64,000 nucleotides of DNA from Candidatus Latescibacterota bacterium. Lineage in GTDB: Bacteria; Latescibacterota; UBA2968; GCA-2709665. Positions 1-9,042 of the stretch are shown here, piece by piece (positions within the stretch are counted from its first letter, which is position 1; every line of letters starts with the position of its first letter). The notes under the pieces were generated by a model. The model did not search any database. It had not been told where the DNA came from and worked only from the letters and a program-made list of their open reading frames with translations. The position numbers were made by a program, and so were the translations under genes. The DNA is taken from NCBI GenBank assembly GCA_965237675.1, contig OZ250150.1, positions 1 to 64,000 on the forward strand. The letters are read 5' to 3'.

Positions 1-583
1 CAAATTCAATCAGGTATTCCACGCCCACGACGGCCGCCGAGACCACCAGTACCGCCAGAAACGCCCCACGTCTGCGCAGGTCGAAATATCCGGTTGCAAC
101 GAAAAACAGCAGGTAGTAAAGCGGATATCGTACATCCCGAAACATCTGCCGAACGTCCTGCCCATAATACAAACCCAGCCCCATTGATGCCACCACCAGC
201 CCCAGAAAGACCAACACCGGACGATCCAGCCGGGTGCGTCGCCAGTTCAGCCTCCGTTCCTGCATCCAGGTGACAGATGCCACGCCCCATACCACCAGAA
301 ACAGCGCCTCGCAGAAATGCAGATTCTGGGGCAGCATGAGATGCTCTTCATAAAACTCGGAGGGGATTACGGAGGCGATGAAACAGATATACAATAGCGC
401 GGACGTGACCGATGACATCAGCGCGATGCCGGAAACCACAACCAGGCTCACCGTGATCACCGGTATGACCTCGCCGAAACGCCAGGCGGGCAGCGCAATC
501 AGCGCAAGTTGCGCGAGGCATACGGCCGGAATCAGCCACCGTCCGTACATCAGGGCCGTTGAACCGCCTGTTTCCGTTGCCAT
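1..583 (-). CDS. Polytopic membrane protein, O-antigen ligase/polymerase-like (3' end runs off the window)
   Basis: Not in the ORF track because there is no stop in the window. Translating by hand from the ATG at 583 (MATETGGSTALMYGRWLIPAVCLAQL...RTRLDRPVLVFLGLVVASMGLGLYYGQ...RDVRYPLYYLLFFVA) gives an open frame to base 1 with several hydrophobic segments. It follows the wzi-like gene directly. Confidence 0.55.
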   Translation of the reverse strand, partial: MATETGGSTALMYGRWLIPAVCLAQLALIALPAWRFGEVIPVITVSLVVVSGIALMSSVTSALLYICFIASVIPSEFYEEHLMLPQNLHFCEALFLVVWGVASVTWMQERRLNWRRTRLDRPVLVFLGLVVASMGLGLYYGQDVRQMFRDVRYPLYYLLFFVATGYFDLRRRGAFLAVLVVSAAVVGVEYLIEF

Positions 584-599
584 CCGCCCCCTGTCCCGA

Positions 600-2288
600 T
601 CAGAAAAAATTGAGGTCCAGCGTCACGCGCCAGTCGTGCGTGCTTCCATCTCCGCGATTTCCACCCGGCAGGAGCGCGTTACTCGCACGCGTCAGCCTGT
701 AGGTCGCTGAAAGAACCAGATTACGGACCGGTTCGAAGACGAGATCCGCACCCAGGCGGGATCGTTTCTCCACCGTGCCACTCATGAAATCCCGCACGGC
801 GGGATCCGCGGGACCCCGTCCCTGTCGTGCGTCTCCGCCCACATTCGTCAGCGTACCGTCCGTATTCTGGACATTCTCGCCCTGACGCGTCCTGTCCAGG
901 CTCAGCGACACCGAAACCGACGGCGACAGCCGGTGCGTCACCCGGGTCCAGACCCGATCCGAATTCGGCCCCGTCGGATACCCCAGTAGCGCGTCGAAAT
1001 GTGTGAAGGCGTTGATGTCGAACCTGTGAGAATACACGAACGGTTCTATATGTACGAACTCGGTCCTGAAATCCGTATCCCGCAATCCGAACGGATCGAC
1101 CCAGAACATGCCGGCCTGGATCGCGAACTTATTGGAGAAGTCCCCCGGGCTGAATTTCCGCAAATCGTCCATGAACAATGCGAGATACGTCTGTATACCA
1201 TCCCGAGGGCGAACGGAGAGATCCAGGCCCGCAACCAGGTTGTCCTTGTCTCCCACCGCCATCTGAGCTGCGGTAAGCACCGATACGGGAGGCGCGTACA
1301 GAAACTCGAAATCTCGATCTCCATATATCACCGCCTCCTGGAATCCCAGACTGGCGCGTGGAGAGAGATCGACCTCCACGCGGTGGGCGGCAATCGCTTT
1401 CGCCCGGAGAAACGTCCGGCGGTGACCGTTGTCAACCAGCGTTCGTGAAGGGTCTATCAGACTTGCATCGGCTTCCAGAAATCCCAGAATGTGACTGAAA
1501 CGCACCCGCCGGTACGACATCCGGAGCCGCGCCATCCCGAACGACGGCGCGACAGGAGTCAAAAACAGATTGCCGGTTCTTCCCGGCCCCCAATCCAGAC
1601 TGCCCTTTCCGGCGTCCACGTTGAACCAGCGCGTGGCCCACACGAGTTGATACGTGGCTTCCCGAAAGTCCGCCGCCTTCTCCTTGTATTGCACCAGTTC
1701 GATCGGCCGGGCAATAACATCAGCCCGGGTCAGACGGGACCGGGTGCTCCATTCCCGGGCTTCGAAGTGCCGCGCGCGAAAACCGAGACGGTCTCCAAGT
1801 GTGCCGCGGACAACCGCGCCAATATGCGTCTGCGAGACCGACTCCTTCTCCCTGACCTCACCCCGGATCAGAATCAGCCGCTGCCGGAAAAGCGCATCGA
1901 GTTCGACAGACGCGACCGTATCCTGCCAGGAAAAAAGGGCGCCCGCCAACCGCTCGAGAGCGCCGTTTCCGACAGAGGTCGGCGCATAGCCCAACCGCAC
2001 GACCTCCGCGCGGAACGCCACAAGATGTCTTTGAAGGATACCCCGCTCGGTGCCCGACATGGCGGCCTGTGCTTCCTTATTCCGAAGAACCTGAAGCAGT
2101 AGCCTGGCAACCTCAAGGCGGGTGTACGGCCTGATCCGGGACGCGGCTGAGTCCAGCCAGCCGCGGGCGTCAAACCGGTCGAGTGTCTGATAAACCCCGT
2201 GGAAAAGAGGGACATCGGGGGTATTGTCGCCCGCATGGACCGTCCGGGACAAGGATAGAAAAGCCAGCAACAGGAATACGGGGCTCAC
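600..2288 (-). CDS. Capsule assembly Wzi-family outer-membrane beta-barrel protein
   Basis: Signal peptide (...TVHA), N-terminal RPYTRLEVARLL motif, WGPG and AAHRVE motifs, LGYPTGPNSD, alternating beta pattern, C-terminal Phe. Confidence 0.75.
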   Translation of the reverse strand: MSPVFLLLAFLSLSRTVHAGDNTPDVPLFHGVYQTLDRFDARGWLDSAASRIRPYTRLEVARLLLQVLRNKEAQAAMSGTERGILQRHLVAFRAEVVRLGYAPTSVGNGALERLAGALFSWQDTVASVELDALFRQRLILIRGEVREKESVSQTHIGAVVRGTLGDRLGFRARHFEAREWSTRSRLTRADVIARPIELVQYKEKAADFREATYQLVWATRWFNVDAGKGSLDWGPGRTGNLFLTPVAPSFGMARLRMSYRRVRFSHILGFLEADASLIDPSRTLVDNGHRRTFLRAKAIAAHRVEVDLSPRASLGFQEAVIYGDRDFEFLYAPPVSVLTAAQMAVGDKDNLVAGLDLSVRPRDGIQTYLALFMDDLRKFSPGDFSNKFAIQAGMFWVDPFGLRDTDFRTEFVHIEPFVYSHRFDINAFTHFDALLGYPTGPNSDRVWTRVTHRLSPSVSVSLSLDRTRQGENVQNTDGTLTNVGGDARQGRGPADPAVRDFMSGTVEKRSRLGADLVFEPVRNLVLSATYRLTRASNALLPGGNRGDGSTHDWRVTLDLNFF

Positions 2289-2447
2289 GACGTCTAATCC
2301 GGAGAGAAAAGATCTCTATCGCAATTTGATCCTGGGAAGGCGTCACACCGGTCAGCACACCAACCGGCAGGCACCAGATTCACCGCGCTCGCCCGGAAGA
2401 AGTAACACCGCTTCGGTGTTTCTCCGGGCTGGACGAAAGACCGCCCA

Positions 2448-2475
2448 ATTATACCATAACCCGACGAATTGTCAA
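2448..2475 (-). promoter_or_regulatory. sigma70 promoter for the wzi-like gene
   Basis: Minus strand reads TTGACA-N16-TATAAT: both hexamers are perfect and there is an extended -10 TG. Confidence 0.8.
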
Positions 2476-2523
2476 GCGTACGGCCTCCCGCGTGCAGGCG
2501 GTTGCGCGAGCGCCCGAAATCCC

Positions 2524-2552
2524 TTGACTTTGCGTTTTCAACCTGCTATTTT
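2524..2552 (+). promoter_or_regulatory. Putative sigma70 promoter of the BMC locus
   Basis: TTGACT-N17-TATTTT with TGn extension, divergent from the wzi promoter. Confidence 0.55.
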
Positions 2553-2608
2553 TTGCGTCTTGAATTCGGATTCACACCTTTTCTCCGTCCTATCAACGCC
2601 CATTTGGC

Positions 2609-2660
2609 GTTCTGTCCCGGAAATATGTCACCATTCGGCAATCTATTTCCGGGACAGAAC
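2609..2660. repeat. Palindromic REP/MITE-like element, copy 1
   Basis: GTTCTGTCCCGGAAATA (2609-2625) and TATTTCCGGGACAGAAC (2644-2660) form a perfect 17-bp inverted repeat with an 18-nt loop. Confidence 0.85.
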
Positions 2661-2681
2661 ACTAGCGGGCGCCGCGACCCG

Positions 2682-3398
2682 ATGTTACAGACATTCAAAC
2701 CGGCTTCCGAATGCGCGGACTGCAACCTGTGCAGTCGAGGGCAGCAGGCCGCACCCGGCAACGGTTCGCCGGATATCGCCCACGTCGTCCGGGAAGTACT
2801 CGCGAGGATTCGGAACGGAAAAGTAGGCCTTCTTGAAATTCCGGTCGGCGTCTCCGCAAGGCACTGCCATCTGAACCGGGAAGCCATGGATATCCTGTTC
2901 GGGGCCGGCTCGGAACTCACGCCTTATAGAGAACTGTATCAGCCCGGCGCCTATGCGGCGGAAGAGTGCATCTCCGTGGTCGGGCCCCGCTTGCGCGCCA
3001 TCGAGCGCGTCCGAATTCTGGGACCCGCCCGAGACTACAATCAGGTTGAATTGGCCCGTACGGACACCATCTTTCTCGGTCTCGATCCCCCTGTGCGGGA
3101 CTCGGGCGACCTGCAAGGCGCTCAGCGGGTCACTTTTGTGGGACCGAGCGGATCCCTTACCGTACCCGCGGCCATCCGCGCCGCCAGGCATCTCCACCTT
3201 CGCCCCGCCGACGTTGCTGAAATGGGGCTTGAGGGGCGCAACGCCGTTCGCGCCCGCGTGAGCGGCGAAAAGGGACTCACGTTTGAGAATGTCAGGCTGA
3301 AAATCGACCCCGGTTATTTGCCCGAACTCCACCTCGACACAGACGACGCCAATGCGGCCGACGTTGCCTGCGGAGGCAGCGCAACCATCGAGATCTGA
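2682..3398 (+). CDS. pduL: PduL-type phosphate acyltransferase with N-terminal CxxCxxC and encapsulation peptide
   Basis: IPVGVSARHCHL, RILGPAR..QVELARTD, RAARHLHL and ELHLDTDDANAA motifs; amphipathic DIAHVVREVLARI. Start moved to the ATG at 2682. Confidence 0.9.
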   Translation: MLQTFKPASECADCNLCSRGQQAAPGNGSPDIAHVVREVLARIRNGKVGLLEIPVGVSARHCHLNREAMDILFGAGSELTPYRELYQPGAYAAEECISVVGPRLRAIERVRILGPARDYNQVELARTDTIFLGLDPPVRDSGDLQGAQRVTFVGPSGSLTVPAAIRAARHLHLRPADVAEMGLEGRNAVRARVSGEKGLTFENVRLKIDPGYLPELHLDTDDANAADVACGGSATIEI

Positions 3399-3431
3399 GC
3401 CGGCAGCCTGGATAATTCAAAACGCGCCACA

Positions 3432-3469
3432 TCGGTGGATAAATGGTGACATATTGTCCGGGACAGGAC
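3432..3469 (-). repeat. Palindromic element family, copy 2 (one arm, inverted)
   Basis: AATGGTGACATATTGTCCGGGACAGGAC (3442-3469) is the reverse complement of 2609-2635 with one insertion and one mismatch. Confidence 0.75.
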
Positions 3470-3563
3470 ACTTGGGTCCGACGCGATGCAGATGTTTGAC
3501 ATCGTCATGAATCGGTACGATCCGATCGGCCAGGTGAATCGCACGCTACCAGGTCGGACCTGA

Positions 3564-5048
3564 ATGACCCGACGCGGCGCTCTGGCGTCTCTATGGATTT
3601 GTCAGGCACTCAAGACCCTATCGATTCGTTCCGTCCGTTCGCCCAGCACCCGGATCCTCATCCTGGTCGTACTCCTGACGCCCCCGGCGGTTGCCTGTTT
3701 CCACCGGGTGCAAATGGACGATCCGTATATCACCTACCGATATGCGCGAAACCTCGCCGAAGGGCGGGGCTTCATCTACAACACCGGCGAACGTGTGCTC
3801 GGAACGACGGCGCCGCTTTATGCCGTGCTCCTCTCTCTGCCGGGTCGGATATCGGGAGACTATCCGCTGATCAGCACCCTTTTCAGCGGCGCCGCTTTGG
3901 GTGCGCTGGGATTGCTGATCGGACGCATCCTCATACACTTCAACGAAACGACCGCCGGTTTCGTTGCCGCGGTTCTTGTGGTTCTGAATCCGTACCTGGG
4001 CGATGTACTCGGCTTTGAACTGAATCTGTTCCAGGCACTGATATTCGGCGCCTATGCCGCCTACTTTTCGAGCCGCCCGAATCTGGCGGCGATGCTGCTT
4101 GCGCTCGGCACGCTCACGCGCGGGGACGGGCTCGTTCCTGCCGGACTGATCCTTGGCCACCACCTGTGGATTCACAGGCGGCACGCATGGCGCCCGCTTC
4201 TTGTCTTCGCCATCGTTGTCGGCGGTTGGTCGATCTACGCGGCATGGACCTTCGGATCGCCCTTTCCAAACACGCTCGAGGCGAAACAGGCCATGGGTGC
4301 AAGTGGACTCTGGCGATCTCTATGGCACGGCGTCCTTTATACAGGCCGGCGGTACCTGGAATGGTCACCTCTTTTCCTCTGGTTTGTCCTTCCGGCGCTC
4401 GTCGGGGCCAGGAGGATATTCGGTGCAGACAGGCGTATTCTGCTTATCGCAGGCTGGCCCGTATTCATCTTTATAGGGTACTGGGTGATGGGCGTGCCCG
4501 CGGCGTACAACTACTATGCCGGGCTCGTGCCGCTCCTGATGATCCTGACGGCTCTGGGTACGGTTTCGCTGACCGGGTGGGTCGTGGGCCGGTGGCCGGC
4601 CTGGCGCGGTTATGAAGTCCGGATAACCGCGCTGCTGTGTATCCCGCTTCTGATTGCCGTGCTCACCCCCACCGTCAAACAGTTGGGGCGGGAACCCCAG
4701 CCGAGGCACCCGATCTACAAAATGGCGGGCGAGTGGCTTGCCGAAAATACGTCGGCAACGGCTTCTGTCGGAATGGTCGAAATCGGCATCGTGGGTTTTT
4801 ACAGCAATCGGTATATTGTAGATGTCTGTGGTCTGGTCACCCCCTCGGTCGGTCCCCACCTGGCAGCGGGCGACGTTGCCTGGCCCGTCCGAACGTACCG
4901 GCCTGATTATATGTTGTTGCATGATCCCTTGTGGGCCTCACTGGAAAACCCGATTGCGATGGCACCCTGGTTCAGGGAATCCTACGAACGCATCAGGACC
5001 TTCGACGGCCCCCGGCCCTACCGGCTGGCTGTCTACGGGAAGAAATGA
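3564..5048 (+). CDS. GT-C fold membrane glycosyltransferase (ArnT/PMT/AftB-like); start uncertain
   Basis: DDPYITYRYARNLAEGRG...GERVLGTTAPLY after the first TM helix, LTRGDG, FGSPFPNT, many TM helices, C-terminal periplasmic domain (EIGIVGFYS, DVCGLVTP). Confidence 0.75.
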   Translation: MTRRGALASLWICQALKTLSIRSVRSPSTRILILVVLLTPPAVACFHRVQMDDPYITYRYARNLAEGRGFIYNTGERVLGTTAPLYAVLLSLPGRISGDYPLISTLFSGAALGALGLLIGRILIHFNETTAGFVAAVLVVLNPYLGDVLGFELNLFQALIFGAYAAYFSSRPNLAAMLLALGTLTRGDGLVPAGLILGHHLWIHRRHAWRPLLVFAIVVGGWSIYAAWTFGSPFPNTLEAKQAMGASGLWRSLWHGVLYTGRRYLEWSPLFLWFVLPALVGARRIFGADRRILLIAGWPVFIFIGYWVMGVPAAYNYYAGLVPLLMILTALGTVSLTGWVVGRWPAWRGYEVRITALLCIPLLIAVLTPTVKQLGREPQPRHPIYKMAGEWLAENTSATASVGMVEIGIVGFYSNRYIVDVCGLVTPSVGPHLAAGDVAWPVRTYRPDYMLLHDPLWASLENPIAMAPWFRESYERIRTFDGPRPYRLAVYGKK

Positions 5049-5129
5049 AATCGGCTCTCGTTGAAAAAACAGGCGGGCGCCATACGCGCCGCGCTTTGGT
5101 CGAAAACTCTATACAGGAGGAATCGCAAC

Positions 5130-5411
5130 ATGGGTGAAGCCCTTGGATTGATCGAAACCAAAGGCCTGGTCGCGATGATTGAGGCGACCGACGCCATGGT
5201 GAAAGCGGCTAATGTAAAGCTGGTCAACTGGGAAAAAATCGGGGCCGGCTACGTGACCGCCATGGTCCGGGGTGACGTGGCCGCCGTCAAAGCCGCCACC
5301 GAGGCGGGCGCCGCTGCCGCCGGCAAGATTGGCGAACTCATTTCCGTCCATGTGATTCCACGCCCCCACACCAGCCTGGAAGATGTGCTGCCCATTGGCA
5401 AGTCGTCCTGA
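5130..5411 (+). CDS. BMC shell hexamer (BMC-H, PduA/EutM-like)
   Basis: [37 protein letters not shown]; SD AGGAGG upstream of ATG 5130. Confidence 0.95.
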   Translation: MGEALGLIETKGLVAMIEATDAMVKAANVKLVNWEKIGAGYVTAMVRGDVAAVKAATEAGAAAAGKIGELISVHVIPRPHTSLEDVLPIGKSS

Positions 5412-5428
5412 AGCACTGAGCGTTAACC

Positions 5429-5725
5429 ATGATATTGGGTAAAGTGGTGGGGACGGTTGTCGCCACCCATAAAGACAGGGGCCTCGAGGGGTTCAAGCTC
5501 CTGGTCCTGCAGACACTGGACATTCAGACCCTGGAGCCCGGAAACCGTTTCCTGGTTGCCGTCGACGCCGTCGGCGCTGGAGCCGATGAAGTCGTCCTGA
5601 GTACAAGCGGCAGTTCCGCGCGGATGACCGGCTCAACCGAAGACCGTCCCGTCGACGCGGTCGTCGTTGCCATCGTCGATTCCGTCGAAATTGAAGGTGA
5701 GACGACCTACCGCAAACACCCCTGA
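5429..5725 (+). CDS. BMC vertex pentamer (EutN/CcmL family) 1
   Basis: GKVVGTVVATHK, VAVDAVGAG, GSSAR, PVDAVVVAIVD. Confidence 0.93.
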   Translation: MILGKVVGTVVATHKDRGLEGFKLLVLQTLDIQTLEPGNRFLVAVDAVGAGADEVVLSTSGSSARMTGSTEDRPVDAVVVAIVDSVEIEGETTYRKHP

Positions 5726-5852
5726 AAGATAGCCGCTCATGGCCACAGCGACCCAGGACCTGATGGTTCGGCAACCGTGGCGGCATGAACAACCCCGAAG
5801 ACCCAGGTACGGATTCCGTACTGAAACCGGTTTTCTTCTACCGTTCGAAACC

Positions 5853-7289
5853 ATGAACTTAAGCGAAGCTCAAATCCGATCCGTCGTTGAGGAAGTCGTG
5901 CGCACCCTTGCGCCGGAAGGGCGTGTCCCCGCGATCTTGTCGTCTCCGCCACGGTCCGCTGCCGACGGTGACGACGGCATCTTCGAACGCCTCGACAGTG
6001 CAATCGACGCGGCCGCCCGGTCCCAGCGCGACCTGGAAGCCATGTCACTCGAAGTCAGGCGCAACATCATCGAGGCCATTCGACAGGCGGCGCTGGATCA
6101 TGCCAAGGGCCTGGCGCAGATGACCATCGACGAAACCGGCATGGGTAGAATTGCCCACAAGATCCGGAAATTTGAGGTGGTCGCCCGGCTGACCCCGGGC
6201 GTTGAAGACCTGGGAACGGTTGCCTGGACAGGAGACCGCGGGCTGACCGTTGTCGAACTGGCGCCCTTTGGCGTCGTTGCCGCCGTCACACCCTCGACAC
6301 ATCCGGTTCCCACGACCGTGAACAATGCCATAAGTCTCATCGCCGCAGGAAACAGCGCCGTATTCGCGCCGCACCCCGGCGCCAAAAAAGTCTCCCAATT
6401 GGGCATTCAGGTTCTCAACCGGGCCATCGTCGACGCGGGCGGACCCCCAAACCTGTTAACTGCCGTACACGAACCGAGCATCCAGACCGCTCAGGATCTT
6501 TTCGTACACCCGAAGATCGACCTGATCCTGGTCACGGGCGGAGGCGGCGTCGTCAAAGCCGCCATGCAAGCGCCGAAACGCGCAATCGCCGCGGGTCCCG
6601 GAAATCCACCCGTGCTGGTCGACGAAACCGCTGACCTTGACACGGCAGCGGAAGGCATCGTGGAAGGCGGCGCCTTCGACAACAATATTCTCTGTATTGG
6701 CGAAAAGGAAATCTTCGTTGTCGAATCGGTTGCCGACGAACTCAAGCGTTCTCTTCTGGCCAGGGGATGCGTGGAGTTGGACCGTGGCCAAATCGACAGC
6801 CTGACGAGGCACGCATTCCCTGAAGACGATAAGGGCGAAAGAAACCTCAACCGCGAATTCGTGGGTCGCAACCCGCATGTGCTGGCCGGGAGTATCGGCC
6901 TGAACGTACCGCCCGACACCGAACTGTTGATCGGAGAGGTGGAAGCCGCGCACCCCTTCACGCAGAACGAGCAGATGATGCCCTTCCTCCCGTTCGTCCG
7001 GGTACCCGACGCCAACACAGGCATCGATAGGGCCGTGGAGGCCGAACGGGGTTATCGCCACACAGCCGTCATGCACTCCAAGAATGTCGAAAACATGACC
7101 AACATGGCGCGGGCCTGCCGTTGCAGCCTCTTTATCAAGAACGGCCCGTCCACCGCAGGCGTGGGCGCCGGCGGCGAAGGGTTCACTTCGTTTTCCATCG
7201 CCACACCCACCGGCGAAGGCTGCACTTCCGCCAGAACCTTCACACGCCAGCGCCGCTGCACACTGGTCGACTATTTCAGGATCGTCTGA
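5853..7289 (+). CDS. CoA-acylating aldehyde dehydrogenase (PduP/EutE-like) with N-terminal encapsulation peptide
   Basis: APFGVVAAVTPSTHP, VTGGGGVV, AAGPGNPP, catalytic DNNILCIGEKE, EQMMP, TPTGEG; N-terminal SEAQIRSVVEEVVRTL. Start moved to the ATG at 5853. Confidence 0.93.
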   Translation: MNLSEAQIRSVVEEVVRTLAPEGRVPAILSSPPRSAADGDDGIFERLDSAIDAAARSQRDLEAMSLEVRRNIIEAIRQAALDHAKGLAQMTIDETGMGRIAHKIRKFEVVARLTPGVEDLGTVAWTGDRGLTVVELAPFGVVAAVTPSTHPVPTTVNNAISLIAAGNSAVFAPHPGAKKVSQLGIQVLNRAIVDAGGPPNLLTAVHEPSIQTAQDLFVHPKIDLILVTGGGGVVKAAMQAPKRAIAAGPGNPPVLVDETADLDTAAEGIVEGGAFDNNILCIGEKEIFVVESVADELKRSLLARGCVELDRGQIDSLTRHAFPEDDKGERNLNREFVGRNPHVLAGSIGLNVPPDTELLIGEVEAAHPFTQNEQMMPFLPFVRVPDANTGIDRAVEAERGYRHTAVMHSKNVENMTNMARACRCSLFIKNGPSTAGVGAGGEGFTSFSIATPTGEGCTSARTFTRQRRCTLVDYFRIV

Positions 7290-7354
7290 AGGCCAGACGA
7301 CTGCCGGACAGACAAGCCTCTGCCGGAAGCTCCACTTTCAACGACTCGGTTCCC

Positions 7355-7627
7355 ATGCAACTCGGTCTCGTCATCGGAAAAATCGTCGCCACCGCGAAAG
7401 ACCCGTCGCTGACCGGCATCCGGCTGCTTGTAATAAGACCCCTGGACCACCGTCGAAGGAATCTCGCCGATCCTCTGGTAGCCGTAGACGTCGTCAGCGC
7501 GGGCCAGGGTGAAACCGTCTACTGGGTCAGCGCGAGGGAAGCGCCCAACGCCCTGCCCGAAAAATACGGTCCTGTAGACGCCGCTATCGTCGGCATCGCC
7601 GACCGAATCGATATCCAGAACGAATGA
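7355..7627 (+). CDS. BMC vertex pentamer (EutN/CcmL family) 2
   Basis: MQLGLVIGKIVATAKD, VAVDVVSAGQGE, PVDAAIVGIAD; real start ATG 7355 lies inside ORF 7121..7627. Confidence 0.9.
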   Translation: MQLGLVIGKIVATAKDPSLTGIRLLVIRPLDHRRRNLADPLVAVDVVSAGQGETVYWVSAREAPNALPEKYGPVDAAIVGIADRIDIQNE

Positions 7628-7681
7628 TGCCTGAAACCGGCGAACGCAATCTCGTTTTTTCACCTCCAACACCTGGTATCC

Positions 7682-7960
7682 ATGATTCTGGCCCGTGTCC
7701 TCGGCAGCGTTGTTTCCACCCTTAAGCATCCGGCCTACCAAGCCGCGAAACTCATGGTGGTACAGCCTGTTCAGCCAGACGGAGCCGACGGTGGCGACAC
7801 CTTGCTTGCCGTCGACGCCGCGGGCGCAGGCGCGGGCGAAACCGTCCTTATCCTCCGCCAGGGCGTTGCAGCCGCGCAGGTCCTGGGGGTGGACCGGCCG
7901 CCCATCCGCTCCGTTATCGTAGGCATCGTGGATCAAGTCGTCTGTGAGCCGCCGACGTAA
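7682..7960 (+). CDS. BMC vertex pentamer (EutN/CcmL family) 3
   Basis: MILARVLGSVVSTLKH, LAVDAAGAGAGE, SVIVGIVD. Confidence 0.9.
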   Translation: MILARVLGSVVSTLKHPAYQAAKLMVVQPVQPDGADGGDTLLAVDAAGAGAGETVLILRQGVAAAQVLGVDRPPIRSVIVGIVDQVVCEPPT

Positions 7961-8006
7961 GACAAACCAGCCGTCCAACACTCTTTCACTTTCAGGTCAC
8001 CATCCC

Positions 8007-8834
8007 ATGACACTCCACCAGGCAAAATTGGATATCGTGGAAGCCGGGCGCAGGCTTTACGAGAAAGGGTATATCGTCTCAAGCGACGGCAACATCTCCG
8101 CCCGCTTCGATGAGGGTCGTCTGATTGTAACACCCTCCGGGCTATGCAAAGGCACCCTGTCCGTTGAGGATCTGTGTGTCTGCGATATGGAAGGCAGGAA
8201 GATAAGCGGCCGCCTGGGTCCTTCCTCCGAAATTGGCATGCATCTGTTTCTCTACCGGGAGAGGCCCGACATCAAGGCGGTTGTCCATGCGCATCCGCCC
8301 ACGGCCACCGGATTCTCCGTTGCCGGAATGCCGCTCACCGATTGCGTATTGCCCGAGGTGGTAATCACCCTCGGCTCGATCCCTACGGCGGACTACGGCA
8401 CACCGGGCGGTCCGGAGATTTCCGAGCCGATCCGAAAATACGTCAAGGACTACGACGCCTATCTGCTTGAAAGCCACGGCGCGACCACCGTAGGTTCCGA
8501 CGTGATGAACGCATATTTCAAAATGGAAACTCTGGAACATTTCGCGCGAATCCTCTTCGTTGCGCGTCAGTTGGGCGGCGTCAACGTTCTGAACCAGGAC
8601 CAGGTCCACAAACTCCTCCAGATCCGCAAACGCCTCGGCATCCGGGGACCGGATCCCGCGTGCGTGTCCAGCAAGCCGGCATCCACACCCAGCGCTTCCA
8701 ATTCGCATATCCCCACCCTTCGCACACGTAGCGCCTCGACCCCTTCCAGCGGTCTTCCGCCGTCGGAAAACGACCTCGTCGCCGAAATCACCCAACAGGT
8801 GATGCAGGAACTCCACAAAGCGAATCAGGGTTAG
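8007..8834 (+). CDS. Class II aldolase (FucA/fuculose-1-phosphate aldolase-like) with C-terminal encapsulation peptide
   Basis: DGNIS, TPSG, PSSE, VVHAHPP and LLESHG Zn-binding motifs; Pro/Ser linker then NDLVAEITQQVMQEL. Start ATG 8007. Confidence 0.9.
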   Translation: MTLHQAKLDIVEAGRRLYEKGYIVSSDGNISARFDEGRLIVTPSGLCKGTLSVEDLCVCDMEGRKISGRLGPSSEIGMHLFLYRERPDIKAVVHAHPPTATGFSVAGMPLTDCVLPEVVITLGSIPTADYGTPGGPEISEPIRKYVKDYDAYLLESHGATTVGSDVMNAYFKMETLEHFARILFVARQLGGVNVLNQDQVHKLLQIRKRLGIRGPDPACVSSKPASTPSASNSHIPTLRTRSASTPSSGLPPSENDLVAEITQQVMQELHKANQG

Positions 8835-8840
8835 CGCCCG

Positions 8841-9011
8841 GTCCCCGAATTATGTCACCATTCATCCGCCTGTCTGCGTGCAGGTTTTCCGCACAGGCAC
8901 GCCGGTTCATCCCGTCTCGCCGCGTTCGGCTGACCTTCCGCAGGTCGCAAACGCCTTGCGAGCCGGGCGACTCGGCGGCCGAATTTCGGCAATCTATTTC
9001 CGATACAGAAC
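8841..9011 (+). repeat. Palindromic element family, copy 3 (long form with about 120-bp interior)
   Basis: GTCCCCGAATTATGTCACCATTC (8841-8863) matches 2614-2636, and TTCGGCAATCTATTTCCGATACAGAAC (8985-9011) matches 2634-2660, each with 2 mismatches. Confidence 0.8.
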
Positions 9012-9042
9012 GCCAGATCGCAACAACCGATTCCCGCCGCCT

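Noticed and set aside
2609-3469. IS or composite transposon carrying pduL
   Set aside because: Inverted repeats flank pduL, but there is no transposase or target-site duplication and a third copy lies elsewhere; kept only as a repeat family.
2469-9042. Extended N-termini given by the ORF track for PduL, aldehyde dehydrogenase, pentamer 2, aldolase and AckA
   Set aside because: The extensions cover promoters, repeats or neighbouring genes; family-typical starts lie downstream.
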